Below the pieces are notes generated by a model. The model was not told the DNA's origin and did no database searches. It worked only from the letters and a program-made list of their open reading frames with translations. A DNA stretch of 64,000 bases from Octopus sinensis (lineage: Eukaryota): assembly GCF_006345805.1 (NCBI RefSeq), contig NC_043012.1, forward strand, positions 31,496,001 to 31,560,000. Direction: 5' to 3'. Position 1 is the stretch's first letter. The number at the start of each line of letters is the position of its first letter. Shown here one piece after another: positions 1-11,958 of the stretch. A program made the translations under genes and the position numbers.

Positions 1-20
1 TATATATATATATATAATAC

Positions 21-68
<48 letters not shown>

Positions 69-1508
69 ATGTGTGAATGTATGTGTATTTGTAGTATAAT
101 ACATAAAATACTGTGGCTATTGTGGAAAGATCCTCTAGCGGAGCCGGCTAGCAGACCACATAATAATGCAATATATAGGAGCATGATGTAGAGTTCAATG
201 CACCTGAAATCCAGAAGATCCGAAGAAGAACTTATTTTATGAGGAGTAAATAAGACATAAAATTCGGTAGGTATGAGATGTGATTATAATTATTGAACCG
301 TTTGTCATTCCTAGTATTGCGGCCGTTTCGCAGCCTTCATCGCGTAATAATAATTTCAGTGTATAATAAATTATGTTTACATGTTTGCATTAGTACGTAC
401 GCTATGCATTATAAAATACAACTATATATTTACGAATTAGCCCAGATAAAGAAAGCTAGGTCATCAAACCATTAGAACATCATGGTTACACAAATCCTTT
501 AACTCTAAATATGCATACAAAATTTACTCTTTATGTATACAATATTTGAGGGAGCGATACTAGATAAAATTAACTTGGTGTGGTCATTAAAAATAAAATA
601 TAATATATTCATGCAACACGAAGTTTTGTCAGTGGACAGGTCGCGGTCTCAAAGCGACGAAAATATTTTGACAAATTAAATTTAAATGTTGAAGTGAATC
701 TACCGGTTTTTGTGTGTTTCTTAAATGGCTTATAAACACCTTCCACGCTGCAATTGTTTTCGTTCCAGCAAACGATCTCAGATCAAGTCACTTGCTATGC
801 AAGTACATCTCCGTAATATGTTTATTTTGTTTCATATTTAAGGAGGCGGATTTACATTAGGGAGTTGACCATCCTTAATGTCAACAAAAAGAAGGCATTG
901 GAGAGGAACCAAAATCGTTATATTACAAGAAATTTTTTTTTAGAAAGTATATAAAAGTACATACGAAAATATATTGTAGAATATAATATAAATGAATTGA
1001 ATAGGGAACAGATAGCTGGAGATATAACGATTATGCTTAAAGATATTAGTGGACAACAGTTATTTCAAATGGGGCTAAAAGGTCAATAAACCTGAAAATA
1101 TTTTCTATCTTAATGAACTTTAGTAAAACCAAATCAATACCACGCTCACATGCATATACACACAATATACATATAAATACACCTAAATATAAATGTATAA
1201 GAATATGTACCTTTAGAGATACATACGCACATGTACGTCTCTTACTCAAGTATGTATATATAGACCTATATAGTTATATATACACATATGTAAATACTCA
1301 AAAACACATACACACACACACACACAAACACACACAGAGACACCCCCACACACATATAAATATGTAAAATATCTACATATATATATGCATACATATACGC
1401 ATACATATGTATACAATGACTTAGATGTGCATAGATTATAGATATACATGAACATAAACACATAAATGCAAACACACATGCTTATTTAATGCACAAATCT
1501 TAAATATA

Positions 1509-1772
1509 CATCACGTGATCACGTGACCGACCAGACTATCAGATGCTGTTACACATTGCTGGGCACAATGCGCTTTTTATCATTTTAGCCATCAAATGAC
1601 GCCACCCTGCTGGCTAGGCGGGCAGGCCAGCACTTCCTCTTGACGAAAAGGGGACTGGAGCAACGTGAAATGAAGTGTTTTGCTCAAGAGCACAACGAAC
1701 CACTCGGCCTGGGACTCGAACTCAAGATTTAGCGATCGTGAGTGCAACGGCCTAACCACTTGGCCACGTGCA
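1509..1772 (-). mobile_element. tRNA-derived SINE (family D)
   Basis: Minus strand starts CACGTGGCCAAGTGGTTAGG...GAGTTCGAGTCC (A/B box-like), then TTGAGCAAAACACTTCATTTCACGTTGCTCCAG; related partial copy at ~43480-43645. Confidence 0.7.
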
Positions 1773-3615
1773 TTCAGAAAAAAAAGCATACATACATTTA
1801 AAAGGATATGGATATATAAATATAAATATGTATACATACACACACACACACACACATACACACAAGAATATGCGTATATATGTTATATACACACACATAT
1901 GCGCATAGGCATATACATACGTTTAAATGCACACATATGTCTATAAATACCTTAATATAACAAATACATAAGCAGCTTCATGCGGAAGCACATGGATATA
2001 AACAGACAGTCGGTCCTTAATGCTATAAAGTAAGCACTTCAATTATATTGAATCTGCCAGACTGGATTACAAGAGTAAATTCAATCAATCGTGCTTAATA
2101 ATAATAAAAAAAACAATATCCAAGATAGATGTAAACAGGAGTACATAGAAATATCAAGGTGTAGAATCACAGAATTATGCGGTCATTACAGGGTACCAAA
2201 TTCAATAACATGTAAAAAGTGGTATAAGTATTAAATATATTAGACTTGAATGCTATACACCAAAGGGTAAAAAAGCATCTTACAGATAGAAGAACGTTTG
2301 AATATGGTCTAATACATGATCTATTACTAAGGTGAGACCAGATTATGGTTAGCCGAGAAGTGGAGAATTGTATTTATTTAGGTTAAAATTAGATTAGTGC
2401 AAGTTTAATGATTAAGTATAAGTTTGATATAGTTATCGTATAGTAACTATTTACATGTAAGGTGTTAGCATCTATGGGAGATAAGTAATTCTGCAGGCAG
2501 CAAAATGTTTGAATACGGTCTAATGCCATGTATTACGAAAGTGAAAATAAATTACGGTTCACAAAGTTGGGAATTATTCAACTGTATTGATTTAAGTTGT
2601 AGAATGTTTGGATATGGCTTAATATGGCTTGGATATGGCTGTTACAGAGTCAAGACAGATTATATGGTTAATCTTATGAACGATTTGTATTAATGCGCCA
2701 GCATTAATGGGTAATAAGTATTCTTACAAATAAAATAACGTCCGCATATTGTCTAATATATTATCTATTACCAAGGTGAGACATAATCATAGTTAACGAA
2801 GGCAGGAAATTATTCAATAGCATTATTCTACGTTATAACGATTATTAGCGTAGATAAAATAATTTAGCGTACGGTTACATATAGTTAGAATGAGGACTGA
2901 TTTGTATTTAGGGTGCTGGTATTTTACAATTAATTCATGATGTTGATTTATAATATTCGATTTTATTTTATCATTATGGAATGTCTCAGATACATCGTAC
3001 CTACACTAGCCACTGCCAAACTTCTATGGTTGCGTATTATATACAATAAAGCACGCAATTTTAAGTTTAATACTATCATCAGTGACAGAACGTACAAATT
3101 TAGCTAGAGATGTACGATAAGCCTTTTATTTATGCCTAAATGTAGATCTATGATTATTTCAGCGAAATTTTAAAGAAGAAGACGACTCACCAATGTAAAC
3201 AGTTTCTTTACTATGAACAGTGACAGCGCACGTATACACTACATTTTTCGAAGGCATTAATTATCAATGGGACACTGCTGATTTATTACAACAGTTACAT
3301 AAGTTAGCTTGATTATTAGTAGGTATGATGGGCTCAGCTGCACTATTGTTAATCTTGTACATCAATATGATGACTATTTGCAGTAAATGTTGAATTGCAG
3401 TTATTTAGGTAGCTAAAAGTTGGACAGTCAATTGAAGTATTATAAACTTGCTCAGTTTAATTTACTACGGTTAAGTCTTGGTATTACTTAGAAATATTAG
3501 GCATGGTTGAGCCACATTAGAAGCAATATTTAAACAGGGTGCGAAACGGCAGTAATCCTACGGATCACAAGTGGTTACATAAATATATACTCCTCTCATA
3601 CTTCCAGTTCTTCTA

Positions 3616-3661
<46 letters not shown>

Positions 3662-3783
3662 AACTGCTGGCCTTCTGCACGAAATTTGCAATCATTATTA
3701 TTATTATTATGACAGCAAACTGGCAGAATCGTTAGCATGCTGGATGAAATGCTTAGCAGTATTTCGCCTGTCACTACGTTCTG

Positions 3784-3834
<51 letters not shown>

Positions 3835-4205
3835 GGTAATCATACTTCTTTGATTTATGTTTGCTTTCGTTCGGTTTCCTTGTATGTCTCCGCTGTCAGT
3901 CTTTTGTTTCCAACTTTGATCCTCCATAAATTCTAAATGTTATTTTAGAATTTATAGGAGCAATTGTCTTTGAAAACTCATATTGTCGATGAATGCTTGA
4001 AATGAGGAGTAGAAAGACAGCCGACAACTGATGGAGGGAACTTTCTCTGTGTTAGCTTGTCCTGTTTTCCATTTTTTCTCGTTCACTCGCTTTTTCATCG
4101 TTTGTTTACGTATTTCGTGTTATTTGCACCGTTGGTGAGGTCTTTTACCCATATGTGCATGTATTATATATATATATAATTTATCATTTAATATGTATAT
4201 ATTCA

Positions 4206-4255
<50 letters not shown>

Positions 4256-4276
4256 CATTTAATATGTATATATTCA

Positions 4277-4318
<42 letters not shown>

Positions 4319-4326
4319 ATATATAT

Positions 4327-5114
4327 ATAGTGTAATAATAAAATATATGCATACATACAAACATATATGTACGTACCGACATCTACATGTATATATACAT
4401 GCATATATAATATATATACGTACAGGACACCACAGGAAGACGAAAAAAATCAACGGAACGAAAACGGAAAAGACATTTTGTTACAACAGAAGGACAGAGA
4501 CGTGGAACAAGACGAAACGAAAACGAAAACGGGAAAAACAATTAAGTGCAGCAGAAAAACGAAGTACAGGACATGCTGCACAATGAAAAATCCCCTTCAT
4601 CAGCTGTCGCTAGCAGACACGTGTTTCGAAGGCAGAGACAGAACACGTAAGGTCAAGCTAGGCCTTCCTACGAGAGAATTAAAATAAAATAAACTCGTAG
4701 AGGGGTAAACGAGCAAGAAAAAATGTAACACAAAAAGGGACGTAACAAAGAACTGCACAAAAAAACAAAAAACATACAAGAAAAAAATAATACAAAATTA
4801 AAGATACATGTACAAGAAAATACACAACGAGAATTAAATTACAATACGAGAAATCAAAAATAAACAAGAGAACAAACGAAAAAGACGAACGAAGGCCTTT
4901 GTTCTGGCTGGGACGAGAAGGTAACTGGCGAGCGCGAGGAATCTGTCCTTCTGTTGTAACAAAATGTCTTTCCCGTTTTCGTTCAGTTGATTTTTTCGTC
5001 TTCCTGTGATGTCCTGTACGTATATATATTTATATATGCATGTATATATACATGTAGATGTCGGTACGTACATATATGTTTGTATGTATGCATATATTTT
5101 ATTTATTACACTAT
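4327..5114. mobile_element. Inverted-arm repeat element, Penelope-like remnant
   Basis: Arms 4327-4498 and 4942-5114 are near-identical reverse complements around a ~440 bp spacer containing a hammerhead-like motif (4592-4631, minus); abuts (TA)n. Confidence 0.55.
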
Positions 5115-5205
5115 TGTCTGACAGCGCTTCGCGTTGGGTTCGTTTGAATTTTCGATTTTTCGAATTCTCACTTCGTTCCGTTTCTTTCCTCTTTGTCCGT
5201 TTTTA

Positions 5206-5209
<4 letters not shown>

Positions 5210-5273
<64 letters not shown>

Positions 5274-5580
5274 TATAAACATATATAGACACATATATAT
5301 ATATATATGCCTGTGTGAATGAGTTTGTGTGTGCGTGTGTTTATACATGTGTGGTGTGTGTGTGTGTGTGTGTGTATATATAGTGAGAATTTACAAACAA
5401 AAAAACAAAAGACGAAGACGGGTGTGTAAACAACAAACATATGTATTACTTTTACGCACGGGAAATGAGAAAGTCTTTTACGTTTCGAGCCTACTCTCTT
5501 TGACAGAAAGGAACATAGAAATAAACAGAGAGAGAAAATAGAAAAAGGTGTAGCGGCTAGCGATCTATCGTAAAGTATAT
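5210..5580 (-). mobile_element. Interspersed repeat with degenerate hammerhead-like motif
   Basis: Homologous to 22480-22700 (+), 24737-24812 (-) and 34930-35005 (+); all share ACAAAAGACGAAGAC-type ends next to (TA)n. Confidence 0.65.
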
Positions 5581-5869
5581 TTGCCAACTAAATGTGGCAG
5601 TCCCATAGAGGACGATGTTACTGTTGCTTTTAGCCCCAGGAAGACATCTCCGGCTGGTTAACGACATACTCTCTGTGTTCGATTAGTATTTGCGAGGAGA
5701 GTTCATCGCTCCCATTTCTAGCCTTATGTGATACACACAGACCCGGTTTTCTGGGTAGCTACCCGTCTTCAGCGTGTGATAATCACCAGTTAGTGATGAA
5801 AACACTTCCACTCGCAAAATACTATATGCTTTTCCCAGCAGCAGCAGCCTGTCGCTGGTCTCGACATGT

Positions 5870-6570
5870 TTGTACGTGTGCATATACATCTATATATACA
5901 TACATACACACACACACTCACAAATATATATATATACATTTATACACACATATGTATGTATGTATGTATATATATATATATATATACATACATATATATA
6001 TACATACATATACATACATATATATACATATATATACATACATATATATACATATATATACATACATATATATACATAATATATACATATATATATTATA
6101 TATATATATACATATATTACATATATATATATACATATATATATACATATAAATATATATATACATATATACATATATACATATATATATACATACATAT
6201 ATATATATATAACATATATATACATACATATATATATATATACATATATATATATACATATATATACATATATTATATATACATACATATTATACATATA
6301 TATACTATATATATATACATAATATATACATATATATATATATATACATATATATATACATATATATACATATATATATATACATATATATACATATATA
6401 TATATATACATATATATACATATATATATATATACATATATATTATATATATATATATATGTATATACATATATATATATATACATATATATGTATATAT
6501 ATATATATGTATGTATATATATGTATATATATATATATGTATATATATGTATATATATATATATACGTAT
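5870..6570. repeat. Compound (TA)n/(TACA)n microsatellite
   Basis: Directly visible; source of the YI-repeat ORFs. Confidence 0.95.
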
Positions 6571-7013
6571 GGTTCATGTCCATGAGTCTGAATATATTTA
6601 AATGTTATTCGTTCACTTTAATTTATATTCTCTGAATAGTAATGCCTTCGCACAAAGCCAAACACTATTCTCAATAACCAGACTGTAAGATTCATGCAAC
6701 GTTTAAATTATTCAACCTGTTAAACATCATTCAAATTCCAACAACAACAACGACAATATCAATAAGCAATAACAGAATAAATTGACCTGTACAGACATAT
6801 AGTACTTCACCTTATTTGCGGGGCAAGCGGTAGGTTATAAGTTACTGAGCTTGTAATCGTCAAACCCTGCAAACAGTTCTAGCCACAAAGCACGATGCTG
6901 GCCTCTGTCAAACATCACCGACCTGTAGTCTGCAGTGCTGAGAAACAATGTGGTGCCACTTGAACATGCAGTGTACTGCAATATCCGTTATCTACGCTGT
7001 GAAATGACCTGAT

Positions 7014-7173
7014 TTGGGTTAGGGTTAACGTTTAGTTATAGGGCTAGGGTTTATGGTTAGGGTTTAGGATTAAGGCTTAGGGTTAGGGTTTAGGGTTAGC
7101 GTTTAGTATTAGAGTTAGGGCTAGGGCAAGGGCCAGGGTTATAGTTATAGTTAGGGTTAGGATTAGTGTTAGA
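7014..7173 (+). repeat. Degenerate TTAGGG-like interstitial tract
   Basis: GGGTTAGGGTTAACG...TTAGGGTTAGGGTTTAGGGTTAGCG...TTAGGGTTAGGATTAG. Confidence 0.8.
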
Positions 7174-7178
7174 TTATA

Positions 7179-7358
7179 CAGTTCTATATTTAAGAGATGA
7201 GGAATTATGTACATTATTTACATTTGACGGATATTTGTCCTCATCTTGTTTGTTGTTAACACAACGTTTCGGCTGATATACCCTCCAGCCTTCATCAGGT
7301 GTCTTGGGGAAATTTCGAATCTGGGTTCTCATTCCTAAAGTATTTTTCGATATCATCA

Positions 7359-7394
<36 letters not shown>

Positions 7395-7471
7395 TCACTG
7401 CCTGTGGTTGAACTCGGAATTTCGGGGTTAGTAGCCCGCGCTCTTAACCATTACGCCATATGCCCGTGGGC

Positions 7472-7472
<1 letters not shown>
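7179..7472 (-). mobile_element. tRNA-headed non-autonomous retroelement carrying a hammerhead motif
   Basis: Head 7472-7392 has an A box (TGGCGTAATGG) and a B-box-like GAGTTCAACC, followed by an (AAT)n linker and a body with a hammerhead at 7303-7258; inverted copy of the body at 7473-7672. Confidence 0.7.
7258..7303 (-). ncRNA. Minimal type I hammerhead ribozyme motif
   Basis: GACAC-CTGATGA-A-GGCT..AGCC-GAAA-C-GT-T-GTGTT: stem I 5 bp, stem II 4 bp, palindromic stem III (ACGT), GUU cleavage triplet. Folded by eye. Confidence 0.75.
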
Positions 7473-7514
<42 letters not shown>

Positions 7515-8120
7515 TAACAACAACATCGAAAAATACCTTAGGAACGAGAACCCAGGTTCGGAATTTCCCCAAGGCACCTGATGAAGGCTTGGAGGGTATA
7601 TCAGCTGAAACGTGTTAACAACAAACAAGATGAGGACAAATATCTGTCAAATGTAAATAATGTAAATAATGTAGTGTTAGATTGCGCGCTAAATCATAAA
7701 TGACCAGGTAGATCGCACATTAAAGTACAAATGGCAAAGTTGGCTACACACTAAAGTGCATCAAACTCTGTGTAAATATGGCTTCTTAAACAAATGGAAA
7801 TAGATATCTTTCTAACTCTGATTCTGAAATAGCTACGGGCATCATAGTCTTCCGTTGCTTCACCATCACCACCACCACCGCCACCACCACCGCCACCACC
7901 ACTACTACTACTACTACAACTACTGCTGCTGCTGCTACTGCCGCTGCTGTTGTTGAGCGAAGCGGTCTTCGTCCCAGTGTGAGAGAAGTCCGAAACGTGG
8001 TCCCTTGCTATTCGTAAGACCCGCCGAAGAGAAAGCAGGTCAACCCTCGACAGCGATAGCATCGACGGATGGATGAGTGCGCATACAGGCTCAGCGGTTG
8101 CGTAGGAAGTCGGGGACAAA

Positions 8121-8310
8121 AAACAGGAAGAAAGAGTGAGAGAAAGTTGGAGCGAAAGAGTACAACAGGGGTCGCTACCACCCCATGCCGGAGCCTCGTG
8201 GAGCTTTAGGTGTTTTCGCTCAATAAACACACACAACGCCCGGTCTGGGAATCGAAACCGCGATCCTCCGACCGCGAGTCTGCTGCCCTAACCACTGAGC
8301 CATTGCGCCT
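8121..8310 (-). mobile_element. tRNA-derived SINE family C (partial)
   Basis: Head AGGCGCAATGGCTCAGTGGTTAGGGCAGC...GGTTTCGATTCC; fuller copies at 23760-24036 and 54937-55215. Confidence 0.85.
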
Positions 8311-8325
8311 CTGCTGCTGCTGCAG

Positions 8326-8368
<43 letters not shown>

Positions 8369-8906
8369 CGTCAAACATCACTGTGAATACCACTTCGCAA
8401 AACTCCATCAATGTACCAAGACGAGTCATTCATGCGACAGTTTAAGGGCACCAACCTTGTAAAAACTGCTAAATCTCCTTCACATCCTACCCTACCATAT
8501 TAAAAAAACACCAAAGTTCCCTTGAATAATGTAATCATAGACAGTGTGTCCAGTAAAAATTGATGGGACAGTCATGGCTGAACGACTAACATCATAAATG
8601 TGTTCGATCAGAGTTAACCTGGGGTTACACATTACCGGCACAAAAACCGACATGCCATCAATAACAGAACACTGTAACACTCCAAATGGTACTTCTGTCG
8701 ACATCAGTTTCACTTGATATACGATCTCAATTTGAGCATTTTACTATCCGCACGTCTTAATATCCTACATAAACATTATTAGCTTTACTACTCAAAGTGA
8801 TAAAATTATTATCAAATGAACATTCCGTTACTAAGATCAGTGAAATCGTAAATGATATTTACAAAAAATGATTTTTGCCTCATCCCTATGGGGTCGATAA
8901 AATAAG

Positions 8907-9277
8907 TACCTATTTCTTTACTACCCACAAGGGGCTAAACACAGAGAGGACAAACAAAGACAGACAAACGGATTAAGTCGATTATATCGACCCCAGTGCG
9001 TAACTGGTACTTAATTTATCGACCCCGAAAGGATGAAAGGCAAAGTCGACCTCGGCGGAATTTGAACTCAGAACGTAGCGGCAGACGAAATACCTATTTC
9101 TTTACTACCCACAAGGGGCTAAAAACAGAGAGTACAAACAAGGACAGACAAACGGATTAAGTCAATTATATCGACTCCAGTGCGTAACTGGTACTTATTT
9201 AATCGACCCCGAAAGGATGAAAGGCAAAGTCGACCTCGGCGGAATTTGAACTCAGAACATAACGGCAGACGAAATAC
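8907..9277 (-). mobile_element. SINE family A, head-to-tail dimer
   Basis: Two ~184 bp units (8907-9094, 9091-9277), both starting at GTATTTCGTCTGCCG and ending GTGGGTAGTAAAGAAATAGGTA. Confidence 0.85.
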
Positions 9278-11291
9278 GATTAAAACGGTGAGCTGGCAGA
9301 ATTTTTAGGACACCGGACAAAATGTTTAGTGGCATTTCTTCTTGTTCTTTACGTTCTGATCTCAAATTCCATCGAGGTCAACATCCTTCTTGTGGGGTTG
9401 GTAAAAGCAGCACATGTTGGTCACTGTGATCGACTTATCGCTTTCCCCAAAATTGCTGGCTTTTTGTCAAAATTCGAAACCAATCTCCCTTATTAACGGT
9501 TATCATTATTTTTTTCCCTCATATAACTGCAGAATAGACCATTCTTCTGTTTTCCACATCAGCAGTAACCTTTGTAAATAAACTAATCAAATTTACGAAT
9601 TTACCAATGCAAATGATAATTGCCAACGTCTTAATGTTTTAGTGAAAAGAGGGGGGAAAAAAAAGGTTTAATTAGATGTTATTTTAATTCACCAGCACGC
9701 AGGAAGAAGTTTGTATTTAAATGATCCGGAAATTTAGTCTTATAAAAAAAGAAAGAAAAAAATCAAAAAAAATCAAACATAAGTACAAACTCTGAGTGGG
9801 ACATGATACTGCGTAAAATTTTATAGTTCATGAACGAAAGAAGTGAAATTGTTACAATGGTAACCTATCACGGATCCAGCTGCGACGAAGAACTACACTT
9901 CGCATTAGTGTTTTCAAACGTTTCATTGCGACTTTTTTCTTTGTTTAAATATAAGGCTTTAGAATATTCTTATCAATGGTTGAGTATCTTCAAAAGCGTG
10001 TTATTCCCGATGTTATTATAAGCAAAATGGTGAATAAATAATTCAACCAACGCACACACATATTGGTTTCAAATTTTGGCACAAGGTCAGCAGTTGTAGG
10101 GAGGGTGCTCGTCGATTACATCGACCCCAGTGCTCAATTCGTGGTTATTTTTTTTAGATCACGAAAAGACGAAAGGCAAAGTCGACCGCGGTGGAATTAG
10201 AACATTGAACGTAAGGTCGGATTATATGTCGCTAAGCATTTTTTCCGGCGCGATAACGATTCAGCCAGTTCTATCATATAAATATATATATATATATTTG
10301 TTGTTGTTGTCGCCACCCAACACTCATTGTTTTAAAGTGGTGAAATGTTCTCTGTATTTACGATCCTGTTTTAGCGAGGAGTTGTGCGATCTATGGCACC
10401 AAAACTATTGTAGTGGGTACAGTTTCTCATTATCTCCTGCCCTCAACGACGCCAACCGCACAAATAGCCATAGAGTAGCGGTTCCCCAGACGCAATGCCA
10501 CTAAACATTTTGTCTGCCAGCTCACCGTTTTAATCGTTAAGAAGATATAAGTCTCTCTTATTTGGGCACAAGGACAGCAGTTTTTGTAGGGTGGGGAAAC
10601 CAATTACATGAACCACAGTGATCAGCAGGTACTTATTTTATCGAAGGGGGTGAGCTGGCAGAAACGTTAGCACGCCGGGCGAAATGCGCAGCCGTGATGG
10701 ACCGTGAAGTCTGGCGTAGCATGGTAAATTCCATTGTCTCGACCACGGTCGAACAATGATGATGATCAAGAAGAAAAGGAAAAAAAAAAACTAAAAAATA
10801 TGAAAGCGATCATGGAACCCTTATCTATATTTTTCATGGACAAACCCCATCACCTTTTTATTTATTGAAGATATTAAATAAATCAAGAATTGTTTTAGAG
10901 AAAAAGTTTATTCATACAAAAAAAAATACCCAATTAAAAAAATACATGACAAAGTGTTACCAAACAAAATAAATGAATGAATAAATAAAAGAAATTTTTT
11001 CACTAAACCCAGTTTTCGAAAGCCAGTAATACCACGAGTTAGTTGTTCGTAACAATATTGGTTTTAAATTTTGGCACAGAGCCAGTAATTTTGAGGGAAG
11101 TGATTAAGTCAATTACATCGACTCCAGTGCTCAGCTAATACTTATTATTCCTCGGTGGAATTTGACTCCAGAGCACAGCGACGGGCGAAATGCCGCTAAG
11201 CATTTTTCCAGTTCACCGCCTTAGTGTTCATAACACTATTATTCATATACATAACATTTGTAGTTACTTATTTTAGAATGGTTTTGATAAC

Positions 11292-11615
11292 GTTCTCAAG
11301 GTAACTGGTTTTAGTTCTGTGTTCCGCGACTGGATTACCGCAATGTATAACGACATCTGTTTGGTGGTTAGTGGGAGCAGCCTCACCAGTCGGAGCCATT
11401 CAGTATCATGCGCTCGGTTCGTGAAAGCTGTCCCTTGAGTCTTCTGCAAGTTCTGAATTTTGAGCCACCAGTGCAGAAACTAGAGAGGTTGAAAGACAAA
11501 CCACACGAACTAGTATGTTGAAGAGTCGTGTCAGCATATGCAGACTACATCATCGTCTGAGTGTCGGACATCAGACATATCAAGGTGATTGGCACTGCTT
11601 TAGGGGACAAGAGGC
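11292..11615 (+). pseudogene. Decayed Tx1/L1-like reverse transcriptase fragment
   Basis: Translates to VLKVTGFSSVFRDWITAMYN...FSIMRSVRESCPLSLLQVLNFEP...RVVSAYADYII, matching the RQGCPLSP and YADD motifs of L1/Tx1 RT. Confidence 0.6.
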
Positions 11616-11791
11616 TTTGTCATATGTTACATTATCTCTGTCATTTGTTACTCCTTACTGTCGTGTCATAACTTAGTTCACCTCACTTGACAGAAACAGC
11701 TGCTTTTTTTTTGTATTCTGTGGAAGGGGTGTATCCCACTAATCAGACGCTCTACTTGCTAATCAACATCTGCTGAATGCAGGATTGGACA

Positions 11792-11958
11792 TACCTATTT
11801 CTTTATTACCCACAAGGGGCTAAACACAGAGGGGACGAACAAGGACAGACAAACGGATTAAGTCGATTACATCGACCTCAGTGTGTAACTGGTACTTAAT
11901 TTATCGAGCCCGAAAGGATGAAAGGCAAAGTCGACCTCGGCGGAATTCGAACTCAGAA
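11792..11958 (-). mobile_element. SINE family A (5'-truncated)
   Basis: Same core and tail as 23286-23520; tail GTCCCCTCTGTGTTTAGCCCCTTGTGGGTAATAAAGAAATAGGTA. Confidence 0.85.

Noticed and set aside
3905-3965. AT-rich hairpin followed by CAATTGTC
   Set aside because: It resembles a hammerhead stem II/III relic, but the CUGANGA and GAAA core elements are missing.
4160-4315. Regular repeat-spacer (CRISPR-like) pattern
   Set aside because: It is a simple tandem duplication of a TA-rich unit in eukaryotic DNA, with no unique spacers or cas genes.
5793-6585. Long ORFs rich in Y/I/H/T (also near 16800, 27000, 29500, 33350, 34550, 39400)
   Set aside because: They are translations of dinucleotide/tetranucleotide microsatellites, which lack stop codons by composition.
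7014-7173. True telomere or chromosome-fusion site
   Set aside because: Short, highly degenerate and single orientation; no head-to-head TTAGGG/CCCTAA junction.
7392-7472. Possible tRNA gene (and other tRNA-like heads)
   Set aside because: No complete acceptor stem, and they continue into repeat bodies present in several copies, so they are SINE heads.
8492-8713. 73 aa ORF as a host exon
   Set aside because: No recognisable domain or splice context; cannot be supported.
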